A stretch of DNA of 64,000 nt from Oikopleura dioica (taxonomy: Eukaryota; Animalia; Chordata): NCBI GenBank assembly GCA_907165135.1, contig OU015567.1:3844001-3908000 (forward strand), read 5' to 3'. Shown here piece after piece: positions 1 through 11,959 of the stretch. The first letter of the stretch is position 1. Each line of letters begins with the position of its first letter. The notes under the pieces are model-generated. The model was not told the DNA's origin and made no database searches. It saw only the letters and a program-made list of their open reading frames with translations. A program made the translations under genes and the position numbers.

Positions 1-472
1 GAGGGTCGGAAAAAGCCATTCTGGGAGCTTGAGTGCTTTGAGATTGGATGTTTTCTTGCTGACTTTCAACTGGCGCAGCTTCCTCTAACGCTGGCTCTTC
101 GGTTGTTTCAATCTGTGGCTCAGATGGCGTAACGATTTCTGGCACTTCATTGTCGGCATTTTCTAGGCTGATCTCAATCTGGTCTTGTTCGCCTTCTTCA
201 ACTTCGATCTCTCCATTGCTTTCGCCTTCGCCTTCGCCTTCGCCTTCTTCTTCATCTTCTGAGCTCGTCCACTCAACAGGAGGTCCTGTCAGAGTTTTAA
301 CATTTGACTTGGAATTGATCTGTTCAGCTTCCTCTCTTGGTTCTTCGTTATTTGGCGTCTGAGAAGGACTTTCATCGATATCTTCAAGTGCTTGATTCGC
401 AAGTCGACCCACAAACCCGCCGGTTTTTAGTCCCAAATTGGGCTTCAGCATCCCTCCCGTTCGTCTAGACAT
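1..472 (-). CDS. Hypothetical protein with acidic, low-complexity N-terminus (partial; runs off left edge)
   Basis: ATG at 472 preceded by TTTTAG acceptor 1 nt upstream. Open frame MSRRTGGMLKPNLGLKTGGFVGRLANQALEDIDES...EDEEEGEGEGE... to position 1. No recognisable domain. Confidence 0.6.
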   Translation of the reverse strand, partial: MSRRTGGMLKPNLGLKTGGFVGRLANQALEDIDESPSQTPNNEEPREEAEQINSKSNVKTLTGPPVEWTSSEDEEEGEGEGEGESNGEIEVEEGEQDQIEISLENADNEVPEIVTPSEPQIETTEEPALEEAAPVESQQENIQSQSTQAPRMAFSDP

Positions 473-838
473 ACTAAAATAGTATGACTATGAAAAGATG
501 ACTAGTTTAATTCATGTCTAATAAGTATTGGCACATGGATAAGCATAGATGGTAACTGCGGATTGAAATATTATAATAAAAAAGTTAGCACCACGATGCA
601 AATAAAACTAAAAATAGGGAAAATTCGATCGAATAGAATATTCCAAATTGCGAAGAAAAAAGAAAGATGCTGGTATTGAAGAAAGTACTGAATAAATAAT
701 AATTTTCTAGGTACAGTAAAGGTCAGTTGAATACTGTAGAATCACAATGATAGGTTGTCATGTTGCACAGCGTTTAACGTTACAGTAGGTAAAACCACCA
801 CCATTTTTGGGAGTAATTGCATTGTAGGTAAAAAGTCT

Positions 839-3800
839 TTAGTCGCGTAATCGACCTTTTGAGTTGACTGCTCCAAGTTCGGACTTTGGATCAGGATAAA
901 ATGTGGACCAGTAGCTCTAAAAAGCATATTGACGATTGAAATTAAAAGAGGGTTAACCTTGGAGCAGTCGGGAAGAGGCGATGAAGAGCTAGTTGTGCAA
1001 GTAGAAGCGATCGTCCATCCTTTTGCAAGAATTTCATCCGTCCAAGCGTTCAGCTCATGAGAAACGAAGCTAGAATTCCGCGCAAGTTGAAGCTTGAATA
1101 ATGAAGATTTATCTTCCGTAGGAACGCCTTCAATTATCTTCTCCCAGAGCTAGATTCATGATGAAATTGGCGCAATAGAAAGGTAAAGACAAACCCTGAG
1201 GTCTTTCTTTTTATTGTTCAGCTCTTTGGACCCGCCATTACTCCTAGCAGCGTCCGATGAATCGATGGGTTGCTGGCCAAACAAGCCAAGAGGTGATACT
1301 AGAATCTTTTAGCGAGAATGACGAGCGCGTTCTTTACCTGTGAAATGAGTTCTTGAGCCTTCGATAAACTTCATCGATCTAGTGCCGCGGACATAAACAG
1401 ACACGGTCCAGACACCAGGTCTGAGGGGTAAGTTCAGCGCTAGCTTTTCGGCTGCTACGACTTCTCCGCCTACAGAAAATAAATAAAAAAATATTCTACA
1501 AGCACGATAAAGCACCACGTTAAAGGATCACCGATAAATGTTCAAAACTTACCAAGCTCTCCTTCACAATGAAAAGTAGACGTTTTCGCCCGTTTCTTTC
1601 GCTTTTCTTCATCTGTGTTAGAAAAAAATCTGGTTAGAACACATCGAGTTACGAGACAGAGGCAGAATGATGAATAATCAAGCCTATCGTTATACCTTCT
1701 GGAATGTCCATTTCAATTTGATCAGCTGGATGGCCTGATGGATCCTGGACGATGGCAATCGCATGAAATTTTTCTTGGACATTATGGAAGCGGAAAGAAG
1801 CGTGCATTGGAAGAAGGGTTGAGATCAGCCCTCCTGGGTCGCGGAAGACCAGTTCTTTAACATCCCATTTTGTCCCGATCTACGAAAATTACTATTTCAC
1901 CTTTTCTAATTGACCAACCTGTATTGAAAGAGGGATTTCAGGCTCCTTTTCTTTCGCTTCTTCAATTTTCTTTACATAAATCTCCCTTGAATCGCCATTT
2001 TCCAGCTCATATTCCAGCACATAACCAACTTCGCTCCTCTTTCTTTCCATATAAATGTTAACATTTTTCAACTTCGCAGATTCATCGAGCTTGGCAAGGC
2101 GTTTCCAAGACTTAAAAATGCTGAGTTGACCGTCTCTTGTCGCGTCAGCTTTAGAGGAAGCGAAAAATTTTTCGGTTTCTTCTGCGTTGAAGATATTTTC
2201 CCAGTAGGAAGAAATTGAAGGGGTTCCAGCGCTGTATTCGCCGTATACATCGGCTTCTACTTTATGCACTGCCTCCTGAAGATATCATTAGGACTGAAAA
2301 AGGGAGTAGATGGATTTACCTGTGAGACGAATTCTTCGAACTTTCTCGCGAAGAAAATTGGCCTGGTTGTCTTCAATCGGGACAGATCTTTTGGCATAAA
2401 ATCGTTAGGAGAGCAGCCGCACCAGTCGACAATCGCTTTGTACTGGCACTTACAGCCACTAGAATCCGTGAGCTTTGAACCTACGGGCAAAAACATACCG
2501 GGCTCGATTCCAATTTGTCACTCGTATGTTGTTGTCTACGTAGCTCTCGCACCAGTGAGTGTTTTGAACGGCAGTATGGAAGAAACTCTCCGCTGGGAGG
2601 AGGGTGTAGTTGAACCATGTTTTCAGCTGCTCTAAGTTTTCGTCCTTCGAAAAGACGAGCCACTCGGAAAACTCGCGGTTAAGCGCGATCCAGTCAGATC
2701 CACCGTCGATTTCGATGCCTAAAACGAAGATGAAAGGCTGAAAAGACTAATTTGATGCAAAAAAATAGACAGGAAATGGAGAGTTATTTTATGGCTTACT
2801 TCCGGCTTAAAATCTTCATAAACAAGGTTCATAGCTTCAACTATCACTTTACCCTGACGAAGTGAAAAGACGCCGATATGACACTAGAGAAAAACGATCA
2901 AATCGACGGGTAAAAATAACCACGACTTTATAGAATGAAACCTTTCACTCTTTTTAGTAAAAACCATACCAAGGACCATGACAAGGACCATGACAAGGAC
3001 AATGACAAGGACCATGACAAGGACAAATATAATGGCAGCGACAAGAGCGGCAAGGACCATGACAAAGATCATGACAAGCATAGCAAGGACAAGGATGGAA
3101 AGGACCATGACAAGGATCACGACAAGGATGGAAAGCAGGGGTCGTCTTTTCAAAGCTATTTTGACTTTTGGGGTTTAACACAATAGTTGGAATTGGATTG
3201 GATCCAATCCAAAAAGAGCTCCTATCAAACAAACTCCCTGGTCAAGTTTGAAATTTAAAATCAAAACTCTGGAAATCATTTGCTCAGAATAAAATAATTC
3301 AAGAAATTATAAAAGGTTTATCTCTTTTCATTTGCTCAGGCATTAACAAACTCCTTTAATTTTCTTACCTATTGGCGTTTTTCGTTCAGAAATTCTGTAC
3401 ATGTGATTGTCGCACTCGAAGAAAACGCGATCTAAGCCCTGTTTCGTGATGAATTTTTCCGGCTCCCGACCATGCGATTTCATAAAGTTCTTGTCTCGGT
3501 ACTTATACAAGAATTGAACTAGATCATCGTTGGATTTGACAGGAAAATCGGCGAAAGAAAGGTTGATGAAGAAGTCCCAATTGTACTGCTTTTCTACCAT
3601 GTCCGTAAGGCCGCGAAAGATGGTAGTCAAGAGACTCGTTCCTCCCCAGATCGGTGTTTCTCTCCAATCAGCGAGATAGATATTTTCATATTCTAGCGTC
3701 AGTTTTTTCAGCTCCGAATGAAGCCAATGCGATCTGGAATCGACGTGGAAGTAAAGAATGTGGTCAGTATGGTAGATGTTTTTCACTAGTCGTTTAATCT

Positions 3801-4334
3801 GGCGAAGAGATCTTCCGTGGACGATTAAAAAGTAGCAGATGCGAATTTTTGCTTCAGGATTCCGGGTAGTCACGGCCGGGGCCTGGGCGACTTGGCGTTT
3901 TTTATGCGGACAGGTACGTTCGATTCTGGAAGGAAGGAGGAGACCGGCTTTGTGGTCGCAATAAGCTGAGAAAATTGATAGAAATGAGGCATTTTGAAGA
4001 ATCTACCTTTCTGAACTTTTATTTTACACTCGTCAGAAGCTCGCTGAATCGCAGACTTGGCATCGTTGTGTGTTACTTCGCATAAATCCCTGTCAACTTT
4101 TAACAAGTTCTCCGGAGCTGGTTTCTCAATGATATTCACTCGCTTTTCCGGCTTCTTTTCAGCGGCGGGACTTTCTGTTGATCGAGGTTCTTTGGCCCGT
4201 TTGGATCGCTCATTTGGAGAGTTAGAATTCGAATTCGAGTTTGAGTTCGGATCGAGCTGGAAAAGAGCCCAAAGCTGCAACGAAATGAAAATGAGCACGA
4301 GGCCGAGAAGAAGCCGCCGCCAACGAAATCGCAT
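839..4334 (-). CDS. XYLT: Protein xylosyltransferase (XYLT1/2, oxt family), multi-exon
   Basis: N-terminal TM anchor ([16 protein letters not shown]). Motifs [81 protein letters not shown]-terminus [23 protein letters not shown] (stop 839-841). Confidence 0.95.
2878..3186 (+). CDS. Candidate nested antisense gene encoding an ~87-aa Lys/Asp/His repeat protein, inside a XYLT intron
   Basis: ATG 2878, 48-nt GT-AG intron 2910-2957, exon 2 with KDHD repeats showing synonymous variation, stop 3184-3186, AATAAA at 3288-3293. Confidence 0.5.
2971..3135 (+). repeat. Degenerate 12-bp tandem repeat (AAGGACCATGAC)n
   Basis: Directly visible. All unit-length variants are multiples of 3. Confidence 0.9.
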
Positions 4335-4617
4335 GTCAAGTCATTTTTCTTGGATTTTCAATTGAGAGTTTTTTCTTTGTAAAAAGGGCTTTTATTCGCA
4401 GCGAATTAAAAATATAGCAACATGTACGTTTCTTTTGATAAAAGTGAAGACAAAATCAATTTTGAACTCTGATAAAGCTTTGGTTTCACCATAGTACTGA
4501 AAGATTAGAAAAATTGATGGTTTTTCTTCTATTTTTTACAAATATATAATTTCAATCGCGAAATTTATTCAACAACAACAAGAAATGAACGAATAGAAAG
4601 GATTGGAATTTGGCGAC

Positions 4618-6597
4618 TCAGCGACGGACGGAAGTGGCATCGATTTGGGTGAGCTGGGGACAAGTGAGCATTACTTTCTTTCTGTACATTTGGTCCTTGT
4701 AGATTGGATTGCGCTCGAGGTAGACGGTTCGCAGTTGAGGCCGTTTGGTCTTTTACGGATAGAGATCTACTTCAAAGATGACCTAGAAAATGGACGATTT
4801 ACGCCGATTATTTTACGATGAAAACAATCAAAGAAGTGGGCTTTTGGGGCGTTTGATTCTTATCAATTGACATAAATACACTTGTACTCGACACTCAATA
4901 TCAAAAATTTTTAAATGAAATCATAAATCCATTTATTCGTTCTTGAGAATTGACCCACGAAAAGTTTTTTTGATCTTGCAGAAGAAATTCCTCACTGATT
5001 CAAAATCTGTATAATGCTCTGGGCCCTAAAGTGCGGAAGTCATTGAGGCAACTTGGACATCTTTAAAAAAGCGCGACATTTGAATTGTTTCGAATAAATC
5101 ATGAAATGAAAATATTTCGATCCGTTCCAATTTCTCAACTTCTTTCCAATCCTCAATCTTGCAATCATTCATCCACAAGTCTTCAAGCTGATCCAACCCT
5201 TCAAGACCTCCAAGGGTCTTGATAGGATTGCCACTCAAATCGACGGTGTCTAGGTCCGTGTTTTTCTTCAAATTCTTGATTTCTGTTATTCCGTTGTGTG
5301 CAAGATGCAGGCTCGTTAAATTCGGAAGGCCCTCTAGTCCTTCAATCTCGAGGATTCGGCAGTTTTGAAGGTCGACAAGGGATAGTTCTGGGCAAACATG
5401 AAGGTTTTCCATTTTGGCGATTTTGTTCTTGCCAAGATAAAGCTCCTTCAGTCGAGTTGAAGACATACAAGAGACTTTTAAAGATGAGGATGCTCTTAAA
5501 CTCAGTCCTGAAGACCCTGGATTGCTTCCAAGTTTTCTATTTTTCGAATTCGATTGGCACCAAGCTCAATCATCGTCAAATTCGTCAGAGTCTCGATGTT
5601 CTCAATCTTTGAAATTTTGTTTCCTGCCAAAAACAGTTTTCGCAGTTTCGTCAAGTTCTCGATATTTTCGATTTTTCTGATGTTATTATAACTTAAGAAA
5701 CCTTTTAAAACTAATCTCCTGTTTTCTCAAACCTAAGATCCAAGATTTCAAGATTTACGAGAGTCTCGATTCCCTCAATTTTCTTGAGAATATTGTCGTA
5801 AAGATCAAGTTCCGTCAGCGTCGTCAGCATGCTCAGATTTTCCATTTTTCTGATAAGGTTGTTTCGCAAACTAGCGACATTCAATTACTCATAATCTCGC
5901 ACCAGTTTTATCTTACCATAAACATTCAACTTGATGAAGTCCTTCTAGGCCCTGGATTGTGCCAAGACGCTCATGTTCCAGATTGACTTCGTAGTCATCA
6001 AGTGCTACACCGCATTCCGCAAGACTCCATTCCTCTATAACAGAAAGTTTAATGAACGGCTTGTGGTTTATTTCGCATTTGGTTCGATCATTGAGAAATA
6101 TTGGTGAGATCTTAGGACTTCAATGAATTTTAGGGATTCTGAAAAATGAAGCGTAAAAAAGCTGCTCACTAGGAGGAGTAAGGTTCAAAACAAACGATAC
6201 AAGCCGAAAATTTGATTCATTTTTCGATAAATAATATTTAAAATGTCCTGCGATTTCAGAAACAAATTGTTTTAAAAATTGATTGATAAATAACATATCA
6301 TATATTGCTTTGTATAATAATAACAATGAACTAGTTTCTTGCTTATGATAATTTTACAATTATTAAGCTTTGAGAAAATCGTGAAAGTTTGTGCGTCTTA
6401 CCTTTAGCCTCTCCTTTCTGCGTCTTCTCATCATCCTTATCCTCACCCAACTCAGGACTCGGCGGCCTCTGAACTACAGCTTTCTTCTCCTCAGCCTCAT
6501 TAGCATCTCCTCCTCCCGATTTATTCACAGCAATTTCCTCTATCTTCTCGGCAACATCGGACATTGCCTTTTTCAACCCTTGAAAAAAATTCTCCAT
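4618..6597 (-). CDS. PPP1R7: Protein phosphatase 1 regulatory subunit 7 (Sds22), LRR protein
   Basis: LRR runs (LKELYLGKNKIAKMENL, LHLAHNGITEIKNL, LEDLWMNDCKIEDW). Last exon LRTVYLERNPIYKDQMYRKKVMLTCPQLTQIDAT (stop 4618-4620) matches the Sds22 LRR cap. Confidence 0.92.
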
Positions 6598-6957
6598 TGT
6601 TTTTGTTGAAAAAGATATTTTTATTGCTTTGTTGAGAAAATATATAAATTTGTTCTGTGAAATAGAAAAGGAAAAAAGAATAAGAAAAGAGGATGTTTTA
6701 GATGCAAAACGCACTTGGTGAATATTGAACAGTTTGGCTTCGAAGTCGCTAGGGACAGATTCATAATGAGGCGATTCACAAATCGCTTTCTTGCGACAAG
6801 AAAAACAGGCTACAGGAATGGAGTTATAAAAATAAACCAAATTGGTTTCAAGGTATAAAAATATTGACAAACTGCTTTTTCGAGGGTCATTTTTGGCGGG
6901 AAATCAAAAAGTTTTCTTTCAATTTAAAGCGTCAAAAGTGACCCTTTTCCTTTTTCT

Positions 6958-9900
6958 TCAATTCGCGCAAACAGCAGCTAGTTGTTTCTGAATCTTGTCT
7001 TCGTTTAGCTTTATCTGCTGTCTTGTGTTCATTATTTCATGTTCTCGTTGCTCTGTCTCGCGCTGGAAGCGGTTCAGTTGCGCGTAAAGCTGGTCCAAGT
7101 TCGCATGTTTCCGGCTGAGGTTGAATTTAAGTGATATAAAATGAAAAAGTGTCCTACTTTTGAGCTTCATTCAGTAAAGTCGTATTTTTTCTTAGTTCAG
7201 CGGACCATTGGTCGTATTCGGTTTGCATGGAGTCCAGATCTTCTTGGAATAGATCTAGGAAGATTCATTAGAATCGGGCATTTTGAGAGGATGGTAAATT
7301 TAAGGGGATTTGACCAGTCCTCTGCAGAATGTGTACAGATATAGGGCCTATATTATAGGCTCAAATTAATTGAATCAATAGAGGAGAGCCTCGAATTTGA
7401 TCAGAGTTCTCGTTAAACTTCTTTTATTGAGGAATTTTTACCTAAGACATGCGCGACAGGAGGCAATTGAGCAGTGATAGCTTGTACGTCAGCCTTCATC
7501 TTTCCTATTTGCTTCTCAATTTTCTTTTGCTCTGCTTCGGAGATTTTATTCGTTTTATCCTACAACACTTTTATCCGAATGAAGATATAAACTTTTACTA
7601 CCTTGACGTTGGCAGCCTTTGACATATTCTTGCTCGAGTCCATGATATCCTGAACTAGCGCGCCGTGATCCCTTTCGGCCACAACAGCGCCCTTGATAAC
7701 GGAATTTTCGGCTTGTACTTCTTCGATCTCAATGTTGTCGTCTTCTTCATCATCATTATCACGAATCACTAGAATTATTTGTAATGGACTTTATTGTGAC
7801 AAAAGAAAAGGATTATGCTGCATATTATTTGATTCACACTCTTTGCAGTAAGAAAACTCTTCCAGATAATGTAGATATTCATTTCAAAGGAACATTTTTC
7901 GAAGATGGAATGCGAAATCCATCGGTCAACTACTATTTATAAAATTCATGGAGCGACAGCTGTTTCTGAAACACCTGCTCAGGCCATCTGAATATAAAAG
8001 AAAAAAGAATTCTTTCTGATATTATCGTCCTCAACATCGAACCAAGTTTAGAAGATCGACCGGGAACATATAAAAACGGTTTTTCGAATGGATAGCCAAC
8101 TTTTTTGAAATGAAAACCACGAATATTTTCTCCAAGTTTAAGAAAGTGTGATATATCGATTATCAATGATAATTCCGATTTGAAATAAAATGAATCACTA
8201 ATGTGCTTAATTTCGCTTGTATTGAAAACAGTCGAATAAAAAATTCTCTAACTTCATTCCTCTGTTCTGGAATAATCACTTACCATTCGGATTAACCACT
8301 GGAGGACTTGTCGCTTCAGGAGGTGGCTGTGTTCTCCCCTTATTCGTCGGCCTGGCAGATCCCGGTCGCGCTCTGGAAGCACCCTTAGTTGTTGGTCGAG
8401 CTGGCTCTTCAACTTTTGGCGGTTTTGAGTGAGATGATCTCTTCTTTTCTTCTTTATCTGAAATCATCAAATATTGTTGAAAAATAGAGCGCTTGTTTTT
8501 CATTAGTAAAGGTAATTTCTACCAAAAGCGTTTCTATTCTAGCGTAAGCAATTTTCCTTCTATACTTAAAAATTGTGTAAAAAATCATTTCAAAACCGCT
8601 GATTCAGAGAAGAAAAGCCTCAAAAACCAGCGGTTTCGAAACTTGCGCGAGCTACACACCAGTCTCAGGCACAGGCGGAGGTCTGCGGCGTTCACCTTTC
8701 GCGCTAGTCGGCCTCGCTGGCCGAGATGAGCGTCTTTCTCCGCGTTCTTCGCCCCGTTCTTCAGCCTTCTTTCGCTCCTTCCGCTCGGCGCGTTCTTTTT
8801 CTTTTCGTTCAGCTCGTTCTTTTTCTACAAATTTCGTATTAATTTACCGCTGATCGATGTTTTTTTTCGAAAAATGTCAAAATTGTCGTAAGTTCCTTGC
8901 TCTAGGCAGCATTACTGAGTGTCTCCCCGTCAAAGAAGATATAGATACAATATTTAGATCGGTACTTAAATTGAGAGCGAACCTGTCTACTATCCGCATT
9001 TCGAAATAACAACTCACTTGATAAAGAAAATGTTTTTTGAAAATGAGAAAATCGTGGATTTCTATTTGTATTTTCTCGGCGGAAGAAGGAGAATCGGGCC
9101 GACTTTAGGAAGCTTTGATTGTTGGATTTTCTCTTCCATTCAAAATAGAGGGGAGAAAAGAGAAATAAATGAAAAGGTTGACTGGTTCAGCCTTGATGAA
9201 AAGAGAAATCCAGTGTTGGCTCCAGTTAGGATCATTGACCTCAAGCAAATGAAAAGCAAGAAAAAGGTATTTTAATTGTGTGAAATAAGAAACTAAACAA
9301 CTTCAGCTTCAACAGTCTCTAATCTCTAATAATCGGATAAGAAGAATTCCCCCGCCAAAGAAGTTAGAAAGACACATGATGGACATTATCTTTCGTAAAT
9401 CAATCATTAATATATATTAATGAATATATTCATCTGGTGACAGTAAATAAGTTCGAATCTTAACTTACTCCTGGCAGAAAAATATAAATGAACGATGGGA
9501 ACTCTCACCCCCAAACCTCCAATAAAAGATTTCATCCAAAATGAACTCTCATTTTTGATTTACCTTTTCGAACCCGGCGTTCTTCTGAAGTCTCCCTTTT
9601 CTTTGACCTGTCCCTGTCTCTTCGCTCGCTTCTGTCTCTCCTATCCTTCGAATCTTTCTTTTCCTCCCTTGGCTTCGATTCCGACCGTTTCTCTGACTTC
9701 TTTTCGCGCTGTTTGGACTCGTCTCGTGGCTTCTTTTCTGCTTCTTTTTCTTTCGAAGATTTTGAGCTCTTTTTCTCGGCTTTTTCTGGATTTGCTGGTT
9801 TTCCACCGGCTTGAATCTGCGCGACAGCATCGTCAGAGCTCTTTTTGGTCAAAATCGCCATCGCGATTTCTTGCAGGAGTTTGTTGGTTTGTTCTGCTTC

Positions 9901-10262
9901 TTGTCCAGCTACGATTTTGGCAGCTTTGACATCTACGTTCTTGCCACTGACGAATGAAATACAGTCGATAACGAGCTGAAGGAACTTGAGTTTATCATTC
10001 TTATCCGTGATCGCTTTTCCGTCGAGGAGTTCTTTTGGGAATAAACCGGTGAAAAAGCCGGTTTTCTTCATAAGATTTGTGATGATGTCATGGAGGAATC
10101 GGAAAGGAGGACGGCTGAGCAGCTTTTCGCTGGAAACATTTTGAATAAAAAGCGTTAAAAAAGGTCTTTTTGACGTTTTTCTCAAACAACTTACGTTAGG
10201 GCAGGCTTTTGGATGATTTTGCCCAAGACTTGTTGCGTTTTTTCGACGAAATCGGCACCCAT
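6958..10262 (-). CDS. TRAF3IP1: Intraflagellar transport protein 54 (MIP-T3)
   Basis: N-terminal CH-like domain [31 protein letters not shown]...KIVAGQEAEQTNKLLQ, K/E/R-rich middle, RPGSARP motif, C-terminal coiled coil QIKLNEDKIQKQL. Confidence 0.93.
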
Positions 10263-10340
10263 GCTATAATGAAGAGGTTCAATTGATTTGATTAGGTAAA
10301 TGTTGATTTGTCGAATACAGACGCAAGACAGAAAAAGGAT

Positions 10341-11806
10341 TCAAAGATTGTTCAAGACAGAAAGAAGGCGCTCAGCAGCTGATCCGGGAGTAATTTCTCT
10401 TCGTCGAAGAGCTCTATTTACTTCGGATAAATTATTCATGACTTTTGGGTTTTTCTTGAAAGAGTCGATCAGCGAGAATTCGATTTGCGACCACATTTGT
10501 TTTTCTCTTTCAGTAAGGGTCAATAAATATATTTTGAAGCTTTGACATTTCTTATCTAGAAACCATAAGACCTCGAAAAAATCGATGTTGATATTTGCCA
10601 ACCGCAAAGTTAAACTGATAAATGAAATCTACTAGATAGAGCAATTTTAAATTCACCTTATTCTGTAATATTTCCAGTTTTCATTCATACCGTTAAAAAT
10701 ATTTGCAACATCAAAACACTTTCGAAAGTATTGAAAGATCGACAATAAAAGACCCAATCCTTTGCTTTATTCTTAACTCCTGAAGCTCTCCGGAATTGAT
10801 CATCTCATGCCTAAACTCCTGTAACAGCTCCCAAAGGTCATCAATTCCAACATTATTGAGCGAAGAAATCCTCCTGACTCTCGGCCGCCAGCATTTATAT
10901 TTAGGCGTCATGAATTTCAAAGCACTAGTGTACTCTGCCGCGATTCTGCGAACAGCAGGCTTCATGTCTCCGTCGTACTTGTTCACAGCGACGATGTCTA
11001 CAAGTTCAACGATGCCCCTTTTTATTCCTTGAAGTTCGTCTCCAGCAGATGGTGGTAGAAGCAGGAGAAAGACATCTACCATATCGGCTACGGCAATTTC
11101 TGATTGACCAACTCCAACTGTTTCTATAACAAATCTTTGAATTTTGAACTCATAAGAAATTCTAGCAAAACATCCTTACCGATGATTATATTTTTATATC
11201 CAGCAGCCTCGCACAAAACAGCCGCTTCATGAGTATTTCTAGCAACTCCACCAAGCTCCCCTCCAGCTGGAGAAGGTCTGATAAAAGCTTCTGGCATCAC
11301 TCCTAAATTTTGCATCCTCGTTTTGTCGCCCAAAAGACTGCCTCCAGTTCTAGAGCTACTAGGGTCTACTGCAAGAACAGCTTCACATGAATCGACAATC
11401 GTTTCAAATACCCATTCAAAAATCTTATGTTCAAAGATTTTTCGATCCAATTCCTAAATTACTTCCTTGATTGATAATATGCTGCCCGGCAGCTTCAATA
11501 AACGTCGATTTTCCCGCCCCAGGTGGCCCTGAAAGCCCAATACGAAAGGTCTTCGAAATGTCTTCCTCCACCACGCCATTCTGCAAAAGCCTAGTGAGAA
11601 TTTCCTGCGCCATCGCTTTCTTTTGCGCATTTTTCGATTCAACAAGGGTGATGCTGGAACTCAAGGACGCGCGATTTCCGGCGACTATGAAAATTTAAGA
11701 CCGTGGCTTCTTTTGATTATATTTGATTACCAATTCCAGAATAGAGTGAGTCAACTCTGGCAGATTGTTTCGAAGACAAAAGTCGTCTGCTTGCACAACG
11801 AATCAT
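10341..11806 (-). CDS. MMAA: Methylmalonic aciduria type A protein (MeaB/ArgK-family mitochondrial GTPase)
   Basis: Transit-peptide-like start [13 protein letters not shown]. Motifs [63 protein letters not shown]. Confidence 0.95.
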
Positions 11807-11959
11807 TTTTGAACGCGTTTTTGATAAGTCCGATTTCTTAAAGCTCGCATGTTTGAATGAAATAAGCTTTTAGTTTAGATATTTATTCGTTTTTCTGTTA
11901 ATAAAATAGTGTTGTGCAGAAGTTTGTCAAACTTTTATAATAAAATTGAAGAACCGAAA

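Noticed and set aside
2884-3232. Hydrophobic (MVLVMVL) and Cys/His-rich (CHGPCH) ORFs over the 12-bp repeat
   Set aside because: These are alternative frames of the repeat. Synonymous variation and splice/poly(A) signals fit only the + strand KDHD frame.
4570-4870. Apparent + strand mini-gene with GT-AG intron-like segments (ORF 4603-4821)
   Set aside because: The minus strand encodes the conserved last exon of Sds22. The + strand signals are shadows.
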